From Solirubrobacteraceae bacterium (GTDB lineage: Bacteria > Actinomycetota > Thermoleophilia > Solirubrobacterales > Solirubrobacteraceae): a stretch of 64,000 bases of DNA. A program made the translations under genes and the position numbers. Below the pieces are notes generated by a model, which was given only the letters and a program-made list of their open reading frames with translations, searched no databases and was not told where the DNA came from. Every line of letters begins with the position of its first letter. The first letter of the stretch is position 1. The DNA lies in the NCBI GenBank assembly GCA_051985625.1, contig JBPYFQ010000167.1, positions 13,973 to 77,972 of the forward strand, written 5' to 3'. Of this stretch, positions 40,514-50,824 are shown one piece after another.

Positions 40514-41465
40514 CGCGCCGCTCGGCGATGGAGGCCACGATCAGGCTGGCCTCGAACAGGATGTACAGCGGCAATGTCTCCAGCAGCAGCGTGATGGCGT
40601 CCCCGGGCAGCGCGGCCGCCACCAGCCCGCAGGCCATGATCGCGTAGCGCCGGTTCCGGCGGAGCTGTCTGGGAGTGACAATCCCGGCGCGGGTGACGGC
40701 CAGGACCGCCACCGGCACCTGGAACAGCAGCCCCATGGCCAGCAGCGTCATCGCCGCGAACTTGTAGTACTGGTTCGCCTGGACCAGGACGTTGAACTGG
40801 TCGCTGTTGAAGTTCTGGAAGAAGTGCAACGCCGCCGGCAGCACGACGAGGTCTCCGAAGGCGACGCCGGCGGCGAACAGCACCGGAATGGCGCAGGTGA
40901 TCGGGAGCATCCGCCGGCCCTGCGCCGGCTCGAGGGCCGGGATCAGAAACCAGTAGGCCTGGAGCAGCAGCACCGGCAGCGACAGGATGAGGGCGAACAC
41001 CAGCGTGACGGTGACCGTCGCCGTGAACGGTTCGCCGATCCCCAGCGTGACTGGACGATCGCCCGCCGGCGGCGCCGACAGGCGGGCGATGTCGCGGCGG
41101 AGGTTGGCGTTGACGTCCGCCAGCGCGCGGTGCGCCGCCGCTGACCGGCTCTGGGCGTCGACGATGCCGGTGACCACGCCCAGCTGGACCGCCACGTTGC
41201 GGGCGCTGCGCTGGACCGTAAAGGTGGCGCCCAGCGGGCCGCGTCCCTGTCTGACCTGGTGCTGAGTCTGGTGGGCCAGGGGTTGGTTCACCAGATGGAG
41301 CAGACGTTGGTTCTGCCAGAAGCAGAGACCGAACGCCACCACGACGGTGGCCAGGCAGATCAGCAGCCGGGTGCGCAACTCGTCGAGGTGGCCGACCATA
41401 CTGAGGCGATCGTCGTGGGCGATCGGCCGCCAGCGGACCGGCGCCAGCGCATTTGGCATCTGCAT
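40497..41465 (-). CDS. tatC: Tat translocase subunit TatC
   Basis: HLDELRTRL, EPF, FLIPAL, FQVPV, RRYAI, PGD. Confidence 0.9.
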   Translation of the reverse strand: MQMPNALAPVRWRPIAHDDRLSMVGHLDELRTRLLICLATVVVAFGLCFWQNQRLLHLVNQPLAHQTQHQVRQGRGPLGATFTVQRSARNVAVQLGVVTGIVDAQSRSAAAHRALADVNANLRRDIARLSAPPAGDRPVTLGIGEPFTATVTVTLVFALILSLPVLLLQAYWFLIPALEPAQGRRMLPITCAIPVLFAAGVAFGDLVVLPAALHFFQNFNSDQFNVLVQANQYYKFAAMTLLAMGLLFQVPVAVLAVTRAGIVTPRQLRRNRRYAIMACGLVAAALPGDAITLLLETLPLYILFEASLIVASIAERRASRPG

Positions 41466-41500
41466 GATCGGTGCCTGTGAGCTGCCGGCCTCAGATCAGA

Positions 41501-41752
41501 TCAGGCGGTGACCTTGTCGCTGCGCTCCTGCTCCTGCTCGGCTGACGTCGCGGCCGGCGCCGGCGCGGCGTGCAGCGACGGGGCGGACCGGGCCGGCTCG
41601 CTCTCGGTGGACTCGCCGCTCAGCGAGTCCCGGAACCCGCGCAGGCCGGAACCGAGCGACCGGCCCATCTCAGGCAGCCGCTTGGCGCCGAACACCAGCA
41701 GCAGCAGGATGAGCAGGAAGGCGATGTGGATGGGGTTGTCGAGGCCGATCAT
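41501..41752 (-). CDS. tatA: Tat translocase subunit TatA
   Basis: LLVFGAKRLPEMGRSLGSGLRGFR. Confidence 0.9.
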   Translation of the reverse strand: MIGLDNPIHIAFLLILLLLVFGAKRLPEMGRSLGSGLRGFRDSLSGESTESEPARSAPSLHAAPAPAATSAEQEQERSDKVTA

Positions 41753-41874
41753 GGGTGGCTCCAATCGGTTGGCGTGCTGTTCTGGTCAATGACGCCGAAA
41801 CGGGGCATTTCCTTATCGGTGCGCCGTACTTGACAACTACGCGCCGCCGGTCCGCCCGGATCACCCGGTCGGTC

Positions 41875-42639
41875 TCAGCAGCAGCGCGCTGCCCGCGGGA
41901 GGGCATCGGCGCCGCCCGCGTAGAGCACCACGGCCACGGCGGTCGCCAGGTTCAGGCTCGACACGCCCTCGCGCATGGGGATGCGGATGCGCATTTCGGC
42001 TGCCGCCCGGGTCGGCTCGGTGAGGCCATGGCGCTCGGTGCCGAAGGCCAGCACCGCGTCGGGCGGGATCCGCCGCAGGCCGGCGGCGTCGCCGTCCGGG
42101 TCGACGGCGACGAGTGGCCGGTCGAACGTGGTCCCGGGCGGGACCCGGAGCACCGGCAGGGCGAAGTGCAGCCCGGCCGAGCCGCGGATCGCACGGGGAT
42201 CCCACGGGTCGTGGTCGCCGGTGGTCAGGACGGCGGCGCTGGCCGCCGCCGCGGCGACCCGGATGGCGGCGCCCACGTTGCCCAGGTCCCTCGGGTTCTC
42301 CAGCAGCACGATCGGCCGGTCACGGGCGGCGTCGCGGACGCGCTCGGCGGCGTTCGGCGGCCGGTCGGCGAAGCCGACCACGCCGGTGTGGGGTGCCCGG
42401 GGAGCAGCGAGCGCCATCACGGCCGGGTCGGCGGCGCGCAGGAGGCCCCGCAGCGCCGGGCGCACATCCGGGGCCAGTTCGGCGGCCAGCGCGTCGGTCG
42501 CGCCGGGGTCCCCGGTCAGCGCCAGTCGCACGCGGGCGCCGAAGCGCAGCGCGTGCTTGAGCGCGTGGAAGCCCTCGAGGATCGCGATGTCGGGGTTGGT
42601 CCGGAGTTGGCGAACCTCCGCGCCGAGGTCACCGCCCAC
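41875..42639 (-). CDS. TrmH/SpoU family RNA methyltransferase
   Basis: LENPRDLGNVGAAIR, FGTERHGL, IPM..GVSSLNLATA. Confidence 0.9.
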   Translation of the reverse strand: MGGDLGAEVRQLRTNPDIAILEGFHALKHALRFGARVRLALTGDPGATDALAAELAPDVRPALRGLLRAADPAVMALAAPRAPHTGVVGFADRPPNAAERVRDAARDRPIVLLENPRDLGNVGAAIRVAAAAASAAVLTTGDHDPWDPRAIRGSAGLHFALPVLRVPPGTTFDRPLVAVDPDGDAAGLRRIPPDAVLAFGTERHGLTEPTRAAAEMRIRIPMREGVSSLNLATAVAVVLYAGGADALPRAARCC

Positions 42640-42643
42640 TCAC

Positions 42644-43276
42644 TCACGTCTCCAAGCAGTCGGCGTTCACATACCCCGATCGGAACGGATGGGCCTCGCC
42701 GGTGTCGTCGTCGAAGGTGTGGCGCCAGACGCAGCCGGTGTCGTTGGCCAGCAGATGGATCGACACCGAGGTCTCCGGCGAGGTGGTCCGGACGCGGTGG
42801 ACGTCGTCACGCGGGGGTAGGAGCGCGTAGAAGTCGCCGGGCGCCAGCGGGCGTCGCCGCACCGTCTCGAGCCGGCCGTCGCCGGGCCGGTAGAACTCCT
42901 CGTCCTGGTTGCCGCGGTAGACGCCGACCAGGCCCCAGGCGAGGTGGTCGTGGACCGGGGTCATCGCGCCCGGCGGGACGACCAGGCTGAACAGGGACAG
43001 CGACCGGTCGGCGGCGCGGAAGATGAGCCACTGGCCGATCCCGCCGCCCATCCCGCTGTCGGCCGCCGGCGACTGGAACTCCGGCGGGAGCCACGCCCGG
43101 TCGGCGAGCAGGTCGGCGAACAGCGGGCTGATGCGCGCGCACGCGCGCGCGGGCGCGCCTCCGACTGCGATCTCCCGGCGGACGTCGGAGACGAACCGCC
43201 GCACCCGGCTGGAATCGACGACGTACTCGTCCTCCGCCAGCGGGTGAAGCGGGTCGCCAGGTTCGAAATCGCACAC
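42644..43276 (-). CDS. Cysteine dioxygenase-like cupin
   Basis: TPVHDH..WG, DVHRV, SVSIHL. Confidence 0.75.
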   Translation of the reverse strand: MCDFEPGDPLHPLAEDEYVVDSSRVRRFVSDVRREIAVGGAPARACARISPLFADLLADRAWLPPEFQSPAADSGMGGGIGQWLIFRAADRSLSLFSLVVPPGAMTPVHDHLAWGLVGVYRGNQDEEFYRPGDGRLETVRRRPLAPGDFYALLPPRDDVHRVRTTSPETSVSIHLLANDTGCVWRHTFDDDTGEAHPFRSGYVNADCLET

Positions 43277-43349
43277 GCCGGGATCGTACGGCGGATGGTG
43301 GCCGGGCGGTACATGGGACCCGCCGGGGTCATGTATTAGCCTGCTTGGC

Positions 43350-44429
43350 GTGTCCTCCACTGCACCCTCGCTGCGCCGCAGCCCCCTGGACGAGCGCCAT
43401 CGCGCCGCGGGGGCCAAGCTCATCCCGTTCGCGGGGTGGGAGATGCCCGTCCAATATGCTGGGATCAAGGCCGAGCACCTAGCGGTCAGGACCGGGGTGG
43501 GAGTGTTCGATGTGTCACACATGGGGCAGATCGAGATCCGGGGTCCGGAGGCGTTTCACCTGCTCCAGCATCTCCTGTCCAACGACGTGCGGCGTATGCC
43601 GGAGGGCGGGGCGCAGTACAGCGTGCTGTGCAACGAGCAGGGCGGGGTGCTTGACGACGTGTTCGCCTACCGCCTGGCCGAGGAGCACTTCGTGACCATC
43701 ACCAACGCGGCCAACCACGAGAAGGACCTGGACTGGTTTCGCCGCCACACCGGCGAGTTCGACGCCGACGTGATCGACTGCTCGGATGGCTTTGCCATGC
43801 TCGCCGTCCAGGGCCCGCGCGCCCGGGAGGTGCTGCGCGGGCTGGCAGACGAGCCGCTGCCGCCTCGGATGCACTGCTGCCAGGCGACGGTGGCCGGAGT
43901 GCCGATGCTGGTGTGCGGGACCGGCTACACGGGCGAGGACGGGATGGAGCTCCTGATCGATCCGGAGCGCGTGGTCGAGGTGTGGGACGCCCTGATCGGC
44001 GCGGGCGTCACGCCGGTGGGACTGGGTGCGCGTGACACGCTGCGCCTGGAGGTCGGCTTTCACCTGTACGGCAATGACCTGACGGAGGATCGCGGCCCGA
44101 TCGAGGCCGGGCTGGGGTGGTGCTGCCGGGAGAAGACCGGATTCGTCGGCTCCGAGGCGGTGGCCGCTGTCCGCGCGGACGGACCGAGCGAGAAGCTGGT
44201 GGCATTTGAGATGACCGGACCCGGGATCGCCCGCCAGGGCAACCCGGTAGCCGGCGGCGGGGTAGTGACGAGCGGGACCTACTCCCCCTGCCTGGAGCGC
44301 GGCATCGGTATGGCCTACGTCCCGGCCGACCAGGCCGAGCCGGGTACGGAGTTGGAGATCGACGTCCGGGGTAGGTCCCGTGCGGCGGTCGTCCGACCCA
44401 AACCCCTCTACACCAAGAAGGAGCGCTGA
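43350..44429 (+). CDS. gcvT: Glycine cleavage T protein
   Basis: FAGWEMPVQY, FDVSHMG, GYTGEDG, GLGARDTLRLE. Confidence 0.97.
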   Translation: MSSTAPSLRRSPLDERHRAAGAKLIPFAGWEMPVQYAGIKAEHLAVRTGVGVFDVSHMGQIEIRGPEAFHLLQHLLSNDVRRMPEGGAQYSVLCNEQGGVLDDVFAYRLAEEHFVTITNAANHEKDLDWFRRHTGEFDADVIDCSDGFAMLAVQGPRAREVLRGLADEPLPPRMHCCQATVAGVPMLVCGTGYTGEDGMELLIDPERVVEVWDALIGAGVTPVGLGARDTLRLEVGFHLYGNDLTEDRGPIEAGLGWCCREKTGFVGSEAVAAVRADGPSEKLVAFEMTGPGIARQGNPVAGGGVVTSGTYSPCLERGIGMAYVPADQAEPGTELEIDVRGRSRAAVVRPKPLYTKKER

Positions 44430-44438
44430 ACGTCAAGC

Positions 44439-44825
44439 ATGGCCGATCCCAGCTATCCGGAGGATCTGCTCTACCACCCTGAGCACGACTGGGTGCGCGT
44501 GGACGGTGACGAGGGCACGTTCGGGATCACCTGGTTCGCCCAGGACTCCCTGGGCGAGGTGGTGTTCTTCGATCCGCCCAAGGTCGGCACCACGGTGTCA
44601 AAGGACGCGCCCTACACCGAGATCGAGTCGGTCAAGGCGGTGTCGGACGTGATCTCGCCGCTGTCCGGCGAGGTCATCGCCGTCAACGAGGCGCTGGCCG
44701 ACGCCCCGGAAACCATCAATGAGGATCCGTACGGCGAGGGCTGGCTGGTCCGCGTCCGGCTGTCGGATCCGTCCGAGCAGGAGGCGCTGCTCGACGCCGC
44801 GGCCTACGAGGCGACGTTGTCATGA
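44439..44825 (+). CDS. gcvH: Glycine cleavage H protein
   Basis: EHDW, ESVKAVSD (lipoyl Lys), NEDPYGEGW. Confidence 0.97.
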   Translation: MADPSYPEDLLYHPEHDWVRVDGDEGTFGITWFAQDSLGEVVFFDPPKVGTTVSKDAPYTEIESVKAVSDVISPLSGEVIAVNEALADAPETINEDPYGEGWLVRVRLSDPSEQEALLDAAAYEATLS

Positions 44826-46201
44826 CGACGTACACGTCTGCCACCGATGCCGACCGGCGCGAGATGCTCGCCGCCATCGGCGTGGCGTCGGTGGAGGAGT
44901 TGTTCGCCGACATCCCGGAGCAGCTGCGCCTGGCCCGGCCCCTGGCCCTGGACACGGGGCGGTCCGAGCTGGAGGTCTACGAGGAGCTCCGGGCGCTGGC
45001 CGCGCGTAACACCAGCACCGAGGACGAACTGTCGTTCCTGGGCGCCGGCATGTACGACCACTACGTGCCCGCCCTGGTCGATTCGATCATCTCCCGGTCC
45101 GAGTTCTTGACGCCGTACACCCCGTATCAGCCGGAGGTCTCCCAGGGTGGCCTGCAGGCGATGTTCGAGTACCAGACGGCGATCTGTGAGCTGACCGGGT
45201 TGCCGATCTCCAACGCGTCGGTCTACGAGGGCCCGAGCGCGGTGGCGGCCGCCGGGTACGTCGCCAAGCTAACCCATACCCGCCCACCCCGCGGCCGGTT
45301 CGTCGTCTCCCGCGGCGTCCATCCGCACGCGCGTGAGGCGCTGGCCACGCTGGCGCACGGGTGGGGGATGGACGTCGTCGAGGCGCCGCTGCACGACGGC
45401 GTGACCGAGCTGCCGGCGCTCGACGAGGACGTCAGCGCCGTCGTCGTCGCCCAGCCCAACTTCTTGGGCGCCGTCGAGGATCTGGAGGCGCTCGCCTCGG
45501 CCGCCCATGAGGTCGGTGCGCTGTGCATCGCCTCCTGTGACCCGCTGCCGCTGGCGCTGCTGCGCCCGCCGGGCGAGTGCGGGGTCGACCTCGCCGTGGG
45601 CGAGGGCCAGACGCTCGGCAACCGGCTCGATTTCGGCGGTCCGTCCTTTGGCTTCTTCGCCTCCACGGAGGCGCTGCTCCGGCGGGTGCCGGGCCGGATC
45701 GCCGGGGAGACGCGCGACCTGGACGGCCGGCGAGGCTTCGTGCTCACGCTGCAGACGCGTGAGCAGCACATCCGCCGGGAGAAGGCCACCTCCAACATCT
45801 GCACTTCCCAGGCGCTCAATGCGCTGGCCGGGGTCATCTACCTGAGCTGGCTGGGGCGGAACGGGATCGTCGAGCTGACCCAGCTGATGCTGCAGCGGAC
45901 CGCATACGCGCGTGAGCGACTGACCGCGCTGGACGGCGTCCATGCCCTGCATGACCAGCCCGTGGTGCGCGAGTTCGCGGTGTCGCTGGACGCCCCCGTC
46001 GACGCGGTCATCGACCGCTGCGTCAAGCAGGGAGTCAACCCGGGCTACCCCCTCGGCCGTGATTACCCCGAATATGAGAACGGCCTGCTGGTGGCGATCA
46101 CCGAGCGTCGCAGCCGCGCCGACATCGACCGGCTGGCCACGGTGCTGGGCGAGGCGGTGGCCGCCGAGCGCAGCGCCCATCTGCACGAGGTGGGCGCATG
46201 A
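44822..46201 (+). CDS. gcvPA: Glycine dehydrogenase subunit 1
   Basis: FLGAGMY, YTPYQPEVSQG, REQHIRREKATSNICT. Confidence 0.97.
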   Translation: MTTYTSATDADRREMLAAIGVASVEELFADIPEQLRLARPLALDTGRSELEVYEELRALAARNTSTEDELSFLGAGMYDHYVPALVDSIISRSEFLTPYTPYQPEVSQGGLQAMFEYQTAICELTGLPISNASVYEGPSAVAAAGYVAKLTHTRPPRGRFVVSRGVHPHAREALATLAHGWGMDVVEAPLHDGVTELPALDEDVSAVVVAQPNFLGAVEDLEALASAAHEVGALCIASCDPLPLALLRPPGECGVDLAVGEGQTLGNRLDFGGPSFGFFASTEALLRRVPGRIAGETRDLDGRRGFVLTLQTREQHIRREKATSNICTSQALNALAGVIYLSWLGRNGIVELTQLMLQRTAYARERLTALDGVHALHDQPVVREFAVSLDAPVDAVIDRCVKQGVNPGYPLGRDYPEYENGLLVAITERRSRADIDRLATVLGEAVAAERSAHLHEVGA

Positions 46202-47709
46202 GCGTGCAGGCTGCCGACGACGAGCTGACGATCTACGAGCGCTCCCGGGCGGGCCGCCGGGCGTTCGTCGCGCCGGCCCTCGACGTCCCGGAGCGTCCGC
46301 TGGACGAGCTGCTGCCCGCGCGCCTGCGCCGCGCCGAGGGGCCGCGGCTGCCCGAGGTGGCCGAGCCGGAGATCGTGCGCCATTACAACCGGCTGTCGAA
46401 GCGCAACTTCGACCTGGACACCGGCTTCTACCCGCTGGGGTCGTGCACGATGAAGCACAACCCCAAGCTGCACGAGCGGGTGGCGGGGCTGGACGGCCAC
46501 GCCCGGCTGCACCCGCTCCAGGATCCGCACCGGGCACAGGGCGCGCTAGAGCTGATGTGGCGCCTCCAGGACGCGCTGGGCGAGATCGCGGGGCTGCCGC
46601 ACGTGTCGCTGCAGCCGTCGGCGGGCTCCCATGGCGAGCTGGCCGGCGTGCTGCTGACCCGCGCCTACCACGAGGACCACGGCGAGCAGCGCACGAAGGT
46701 CCTGACCCCGGACACCGCGCACGGCACCAACCCCGCGACCGTGACGATGGCCGGCTATGAGGTGGTCAAGGTCGGCACCGACGAGCAGGGCAACGTCGAC
46801 CTCGACGACCTGCGGGCCAAGGCCGACACCGACGTCGCCTGCCTGATGCTGACCAACCCGTCGACACTGGGGCTGTTCGAGCACGGGATCGAGGAGATCG
46901 CCGCGATCGTGCACGGGGTCGGCGCCACCCTGTATTACGACGGCGCCAACCTCAACGCGATCATGGGCATCTCCCGGCCGGGCGACATGGGCTTCGACAT
47001 CGTGCACTTCAACCTGCACAAGTCATTCACCCAGCCGCACGGCGGTGGTGGACCGGGCTCGGGGCCGATCGCGGTGTCGGAGCGGATCGAGCCGTACCTC
47101 CCGCGCCCCCAGGTGGTCCGGCGGATATCGGACCCGACCCACGGCCACGACGGCGGCGTGTTCTACGACCTGGATTACGACCGCCCCAAGTCGATCGGCC
47201 GGCTGCGCGGCTTCCAGGGCAACTACGGCGTGTTCGTGCGCTCCTACGCCTACATCCGCTCGCTCGGCGCCGCCGGTTTGCGCGATGTGTCCGAGACCGC
47301 CGTGCTCAACGCCAACTATCTGCTGGCCCGGCTTCGCACCGCGGGGGTGGCCGACCACCTGCCGGCCGCCTATGACCGGCTGTGCATGCACGAGTTCGTC
47401 CTGTCCGGCGCGCCGATGAAGCGGGACCTGAAGATCCGCACCCTGGATCTGGCCAAGCGCCTGCTCGACTTCGGCGTGCACCCCCCGACGGTCTACTTCC
47501 CGCTGCTGGTCGACGAGGCGCTGCTCATCGAGCCGACCGAGACCGAGACCAAGGAGACGCTGGACCGGTTCGCCGAGGTCCTGGCCGCGATCCTGCGCGA
47601 GGCCGCCGAGGACCCGGAGATCGCCCGCACCGCCCCGCACACCACCCCCGTCCGCCGGCTCGACGAGGCGGGGGCGGCGCGCAGACCGGTCGTGCGCCAG
47701 CCGCTCTAG
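46198..47709 (+). CDS. gcvPB: Glycine dehydrogenase subunit 2
   Basis: PLGSCTMK, DGANLNA, NLHKSF..PHGGGGPG (PLP Lys), IEPTETE. Confidence 0.97.
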   Translation: MSVQAADDELTIYERSRAGRRAFVAPALDVPERPLDELLPARLRRAEGPRLPEVAEPEIVRHYNRLSKRNFDLDTGFYPLGSCTMKHNPKLHERVAGLDGHARLHPLQDPHRAQGALELMWRLQDALGEIAGLPHVSLQPSAGSHGELAGVLLTRAYHEDHGEQRTKVLTPDTAHGTNPATVTMAGYEVVKVGTDEQGNVDLDDLRAKADTDVACLMLTNPSTLGLFEHGIEEIAAIVHGVGATLYYDGANLNAIMGISRPGDMGFDIVHFNLHKSFTQPHGGGGPGSGPIAVSERIEPYLPRPQVVRRISDPTHGHDGGVFYDLDYDRPKSIGRLRGFQGNYGVFVRSYAYIRSLGAAGLRDVSETAVLNANYLLARLRTAGVADHLPAAYDRLCMHEFVLSGAPMKRDLKIRTLDLAKRLLDFGVHPPTVYFPLLVDEALLIEPTETETKETLDRFAEVLAAILREAAEDPEIARTAPHTTPVRRLDEAGAARRPVVRQPL

Positions 47710-47767
47710 CGTCCCGACGGGTCGCTCTAGCTCAACCCTTCAGATCGGCGCTTATCATCCCGCGCCG

Positions 47768-49027
47768 ATGACGCTCGACCGGCGCCAGTTCCTCGTGAGA
47801 GGGGGTCTGTTGGGGGCGGCCGCCGGAGGTGGCGGTCTGCTGCGCCCTGCCGACGCGGCGGCCCATGCCACCGACCCGTTGGAGGCCGACGGCCCGATCC
47901 AGCGCTCCCGGATGGGCGGCCCCGCCGCGCGGCTTCCGGGCGTCGCGTTCCACGGCGTCCACCAGGCCGGAATCGTGTCGGCGCCGCCGCCGGCGGCCTG
48001 CTTCGCGGCGTTCGACGTGACCGCCGCGGGGCGGGCGGAACTGGCCGACCTGCTGCAGACATTGACCGGGGCGGCGCGGTCGCTCACCGCGGGCGGGGCG
48101 GGCGGGTCCGGTTCCGGCGGGGACAGCGGAACGCTGGGGCCGGTGGCGCCGGCCGACGGGCTGACCGTGACGGTCGGTCTCGGCCCGTCGCTGTTCGACC
48201 ACCGGTTCGGACTGCGCCCCCATAAGCCGGCCGGGCTGTTTGCCATGGCGGCGTTCCCCAACGACCACCTCGACCATGCCCAGGTCGGCGGCGATCTCAT
48301 GCTGTCGCTGTGCGCCGGCAGCGCCGATACGGCGCTGCACGCTCTGCGCGAGATCGCCCGGCGGACCCGGGGGTCGATGCGGATCCGCTGGCGGGTCGAT
48401 GGCTTCGTCTCGCCGCCGCGCCCGAGCGGCGCGCCACGCAACCACATGGGGTTCAAGGACGGGATCGCCAACCCCGACGTTCGGCGGGCCGAGGTGGCCC
48501 GCCGCCTGCTGTGGACCGGACCGGACCGCGGCGGCCGGGCCTGGACGGCGGGCGGGACCTACCACGTCATCCGCGTCATCCGGATGTTCACCGAGAGCTG
48601 GGATGAGCTGGCGGTGGGCGATCAGGAGCGCATCGTCGGCCGCCGGCGCGACAGCGGCGCCCCGCTGGGCGGCAGGCGCGAGTCCGATGTGCCCGACTAC
48701 GCCGCCGATCCGCACGGCCGGGTCATTCCCCTGCGCGCCCACATCCGTCTGGCCAACCCGCGGACGCGGCGGACCGAGACGACCCGGATCCTGCGCCGCA
48801 GCTACAACTACGACCGCGGCGTCGACGCGCAGGGGCGGCTCGACATGGGCCTGATCTTCAACTGCTACCAGCGCGACATCCGCCGGCAGTTCGAGGTCGT
48901 CCAGAAGCGCCTGGTGAACGAGCCGATGGCCCGATTCATCTCGCCGATCGGCGGCGGCTATTTCTTCGCCCTGCCCGGTGTGCGCGACGCCTCCGACTGG
49001 TACGGGCGAGGGCTGCTGGCTGGGTGA
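47768..49027 (+). CDS. Tat-exported DyP-type heme peroxidase (EfeB-like)
   Basis: RRQFL Tat motif, GFKDGIAN, AHIRLANPR, ILRRSYNY, GGGYFF. Confidence 0.9.
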   Translation: MTLDRRQFLVRGGLLGAAAGGGGLLRPADAAAHATDPLEADGPIQRSRMGGPAARLPGVAFHGVHQAGIVSAPPPAACFAAFDVTAAGRAELADLLQTLTGAARSLTAGGAGGSGSGGDSGTLGPVAPADGLTVTVGLGPSLFDHRFGLRPHKPAGLFAMAAFPNDHLDHAQVGGDLMLSLCAGSADTALHALREIARRTRGSMRIRWRVDGFVSPPRPSGAPRNHMGFKDGIANPDVRRAEVARRLLWTGPDRGGRAWTAGGTYHVIRVIRMFTESWDELAVGDQERIVGRRRDSGAPLGGRRESDVPDYAADPHGRVIPLRAHIRLANPRTRRTETTRILRRSYNYDRGVDAQGRLDMGLIFNCYQRDIRRQFEVVQKRLVNEPMARFISPIGGGYFFALPGVRDASDWYGRGLLAG

Positions 49028-49186
49028 CCGTGGACGGATGCATGAATCCGCCCGGCCTAATTGCACGGGATTGACCCGCCGCGCGCCCCAGAACACACAG
49101 GAATGTGGACGATTTTGTTCGGTGGGCGTCGCCTTGGGCACCATACCCGTGCGGGGAGGTTTCGGAGTGGGGACACGGATGACGCC

Positions 49187-50761
49187 ATGACGACAGGTTC
49201 GACGAGCCGGCTGGTCTCCACCCTCCGGGCTGCCGGGTCGATTCCGCCTGAGGAACGGGTGGCGGCCGGCCGCGTCGGCGGACTGGTCTGGGTGATCGCG
49301 TCGCTGAGCGTGATCGCCCTGGCCCTGGTAATGCCCGGGCCAGGCGTCCACCGGGTCGCGCTGCTGGCGATGGGAGCCGGCGGGTGTGCCTGGGGCACCT
49401 TCTCCGGACTGCTGCTCGACTACGGCCGCCTCCCGGTCTGGCTCATCCACGTCTCGGCCGCCGTCGGCACCGTCGCCATCGCGCTCGCCATCGGCCTCAG
49501 CGGCGGGGCGCAGTCGCCGGTGTGGGCCTGTCTGTTCTACGTGGTCGTGTTCGCCGCCTACTTCTTCACGCCGCCGGCCGCCCTGGCCTACCTCATGGGC
49601 TGCGTCGTCGTCGCGGCCGTGGTCGCGCTCACGGCGGCGCCGGCCGGCCGGCCCGAGGGCACCGCCAAGGCAGTGGTGGCGGCGCCGGCGTTCCTGATGG
49701 TCGGCCTGGCCCTGATCGCCGGCAAGCGGTTCCTGCTCAACCTGCGCCTGCGCGCCGAGCGCCTGGCCGCCGAGCAGAGCGCGCTCCGCCGGGTGGCCAC
49801 GGCGGTGGTCAGCGGCGAGCCGGTCGAGCGCTTCTACCGGCTGGTGGCGGTCGAGGCGGCGCGGCTGCTCGGGGGCAGCGGCGCCGGCATCGTCCGTCTC
49901 GGTCCGGCCGGGGAGGCGACGGTCCTGGGCTCGTGGGCCGAGGAGGCCGGGCGCGAGTACGCCGCCGGCGACCGCGTCACCGTCGCGCCTCACAGCGACG
50001 TGGCCCACGCGCTCGCAGGCCGCGCCCCGCTGGTCAGCCAGACCCCCGGCATCCTCCTCGGGCGCCTCGGCGACGGCTCCAGTATCGTCGCGCCGATCCG
50101 GGTGGGCGGCCGGACCTGGGGCTTTCTGGCCGTCGTCTCGGCGCGCGCCGGCGCCCTGCACGGGGAGGAGGCCCGCCGGCTGAACGAGTTCGCCGGCCTG
50201 ATCTCGATCTCGGTGGCCAACATCGAGGACCGGGCGGCGCTGGCCGCCCAGGCGGCCACCGACGCGCTCACCGGCGTGGGCAACCACCGGACGTTCCATC
50301 AGCGCCTGGGCGCCGACCTGGCCCGGGCCCGCCGCTACGGCAGCCCGGTGTCCGTCGCCCTCATCGACATCGACCACTTCAAGCAGGTCAACGACACCCG
50401 CGGCCACGACGCCGGCGACGAGCTGCTCCGGCAGGTCGCCCGCTGCCTGAGCGACGCGGCCCGCGCGGAGGACACGCTGGCCCGCGTCGGCGGCGACGAG
50501 TTCGCCTGGATCCTGCCCGAGACGACCGAGGATGAGGCGCTGGCCGCGGTCGAGCGCGCCCGCCGCTCGATCGGCCGGTGGGCCCAGCGCCCGGACGGCG
50601 AACCGCCGGTCACGATCTCGGCGGGACTGTGCGACTCGCGGTGGACGGCGGAGCCCGCCGAGCTGGTCCGTCTGGCCGATCGCGCGCTGTACTTCTCCAA
50701 GGCCCACGGGCGCGACCAGGTCACCCTGTACGCCGAGGACTCGGCCACGACGCCGCGCTGA
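49187..50761 (+). CDS. Membrane GAF-GGDEF diguanylate cyclase
   Basis: About 6 TM segments, GAF-like region, TDALTG, DIDHFKQVND..GH..GD, RVGGDEF. Confidence 0.9.
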   Translation: MTTGSTSRLVSTLRAAGSIPPEERVAAGRVGGLVWVIASLSVIALALVMPGPGVHRVALLAMGAGGCAWGTFSGLLLDYGRLPVWLIHVSAAVGTVAIALAIGLSGGAQSPVWACLFYVVVFAAYFFTPPAALAYLMGCVVVAAVVALTAAPAGRPEGTAKAVVAAPAFLMVGLALIAGKRFLLNLRLRAERLAAEQSALRRVATAVVSGEPVERFYRLVAVEAARLLGGSGAGIVRLGPAGEATVLGSWAEEAGREYAAGDRVTVAPHSDVAHALAGRAPLVSQTPGILLGRLGDGSSIVAPIRVGGRTWGFLAVVSARAGALHGEEARRLNEFAGLISISVANIEDRAALAAQAATDALTGVGNHRTFHQRLGADLARARRYGSPVSVALIDIDHFKQVNDTRGHDAGDELLRQVARCLSDAARAEDTLARVGGDEFAWILPETTEDEALAAVERARRSIGRWAQRPDGEPPVTISAGLCDSRWTAEPAELVRLADRALYFSKAHGRDQVTLYAEDSATTPR

Positions 50762-50824
50762 TCCGGCGCGTCGAGGCGCCGCGGCCGCCGCCGAACGTGT
50801 GAATCAGGCCACTAGGCTGGGAGG

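Noticed and set aside
43277-43349. Glycine riboswitch upstream of gcvT
   Set aside because: Only 73 nt separate the divergent genes, no aptamer motif is seen, and gcvT looks leaderless.
47732-50707. 991-aa minus-strand ORF and similar long shadow ORFs (e.g. 22137-23699, 58536-59906, 59986-61467)
   Set aside because: They are antisense to well-supported genes, have no motifs, and are expected in very high-GC DNA.
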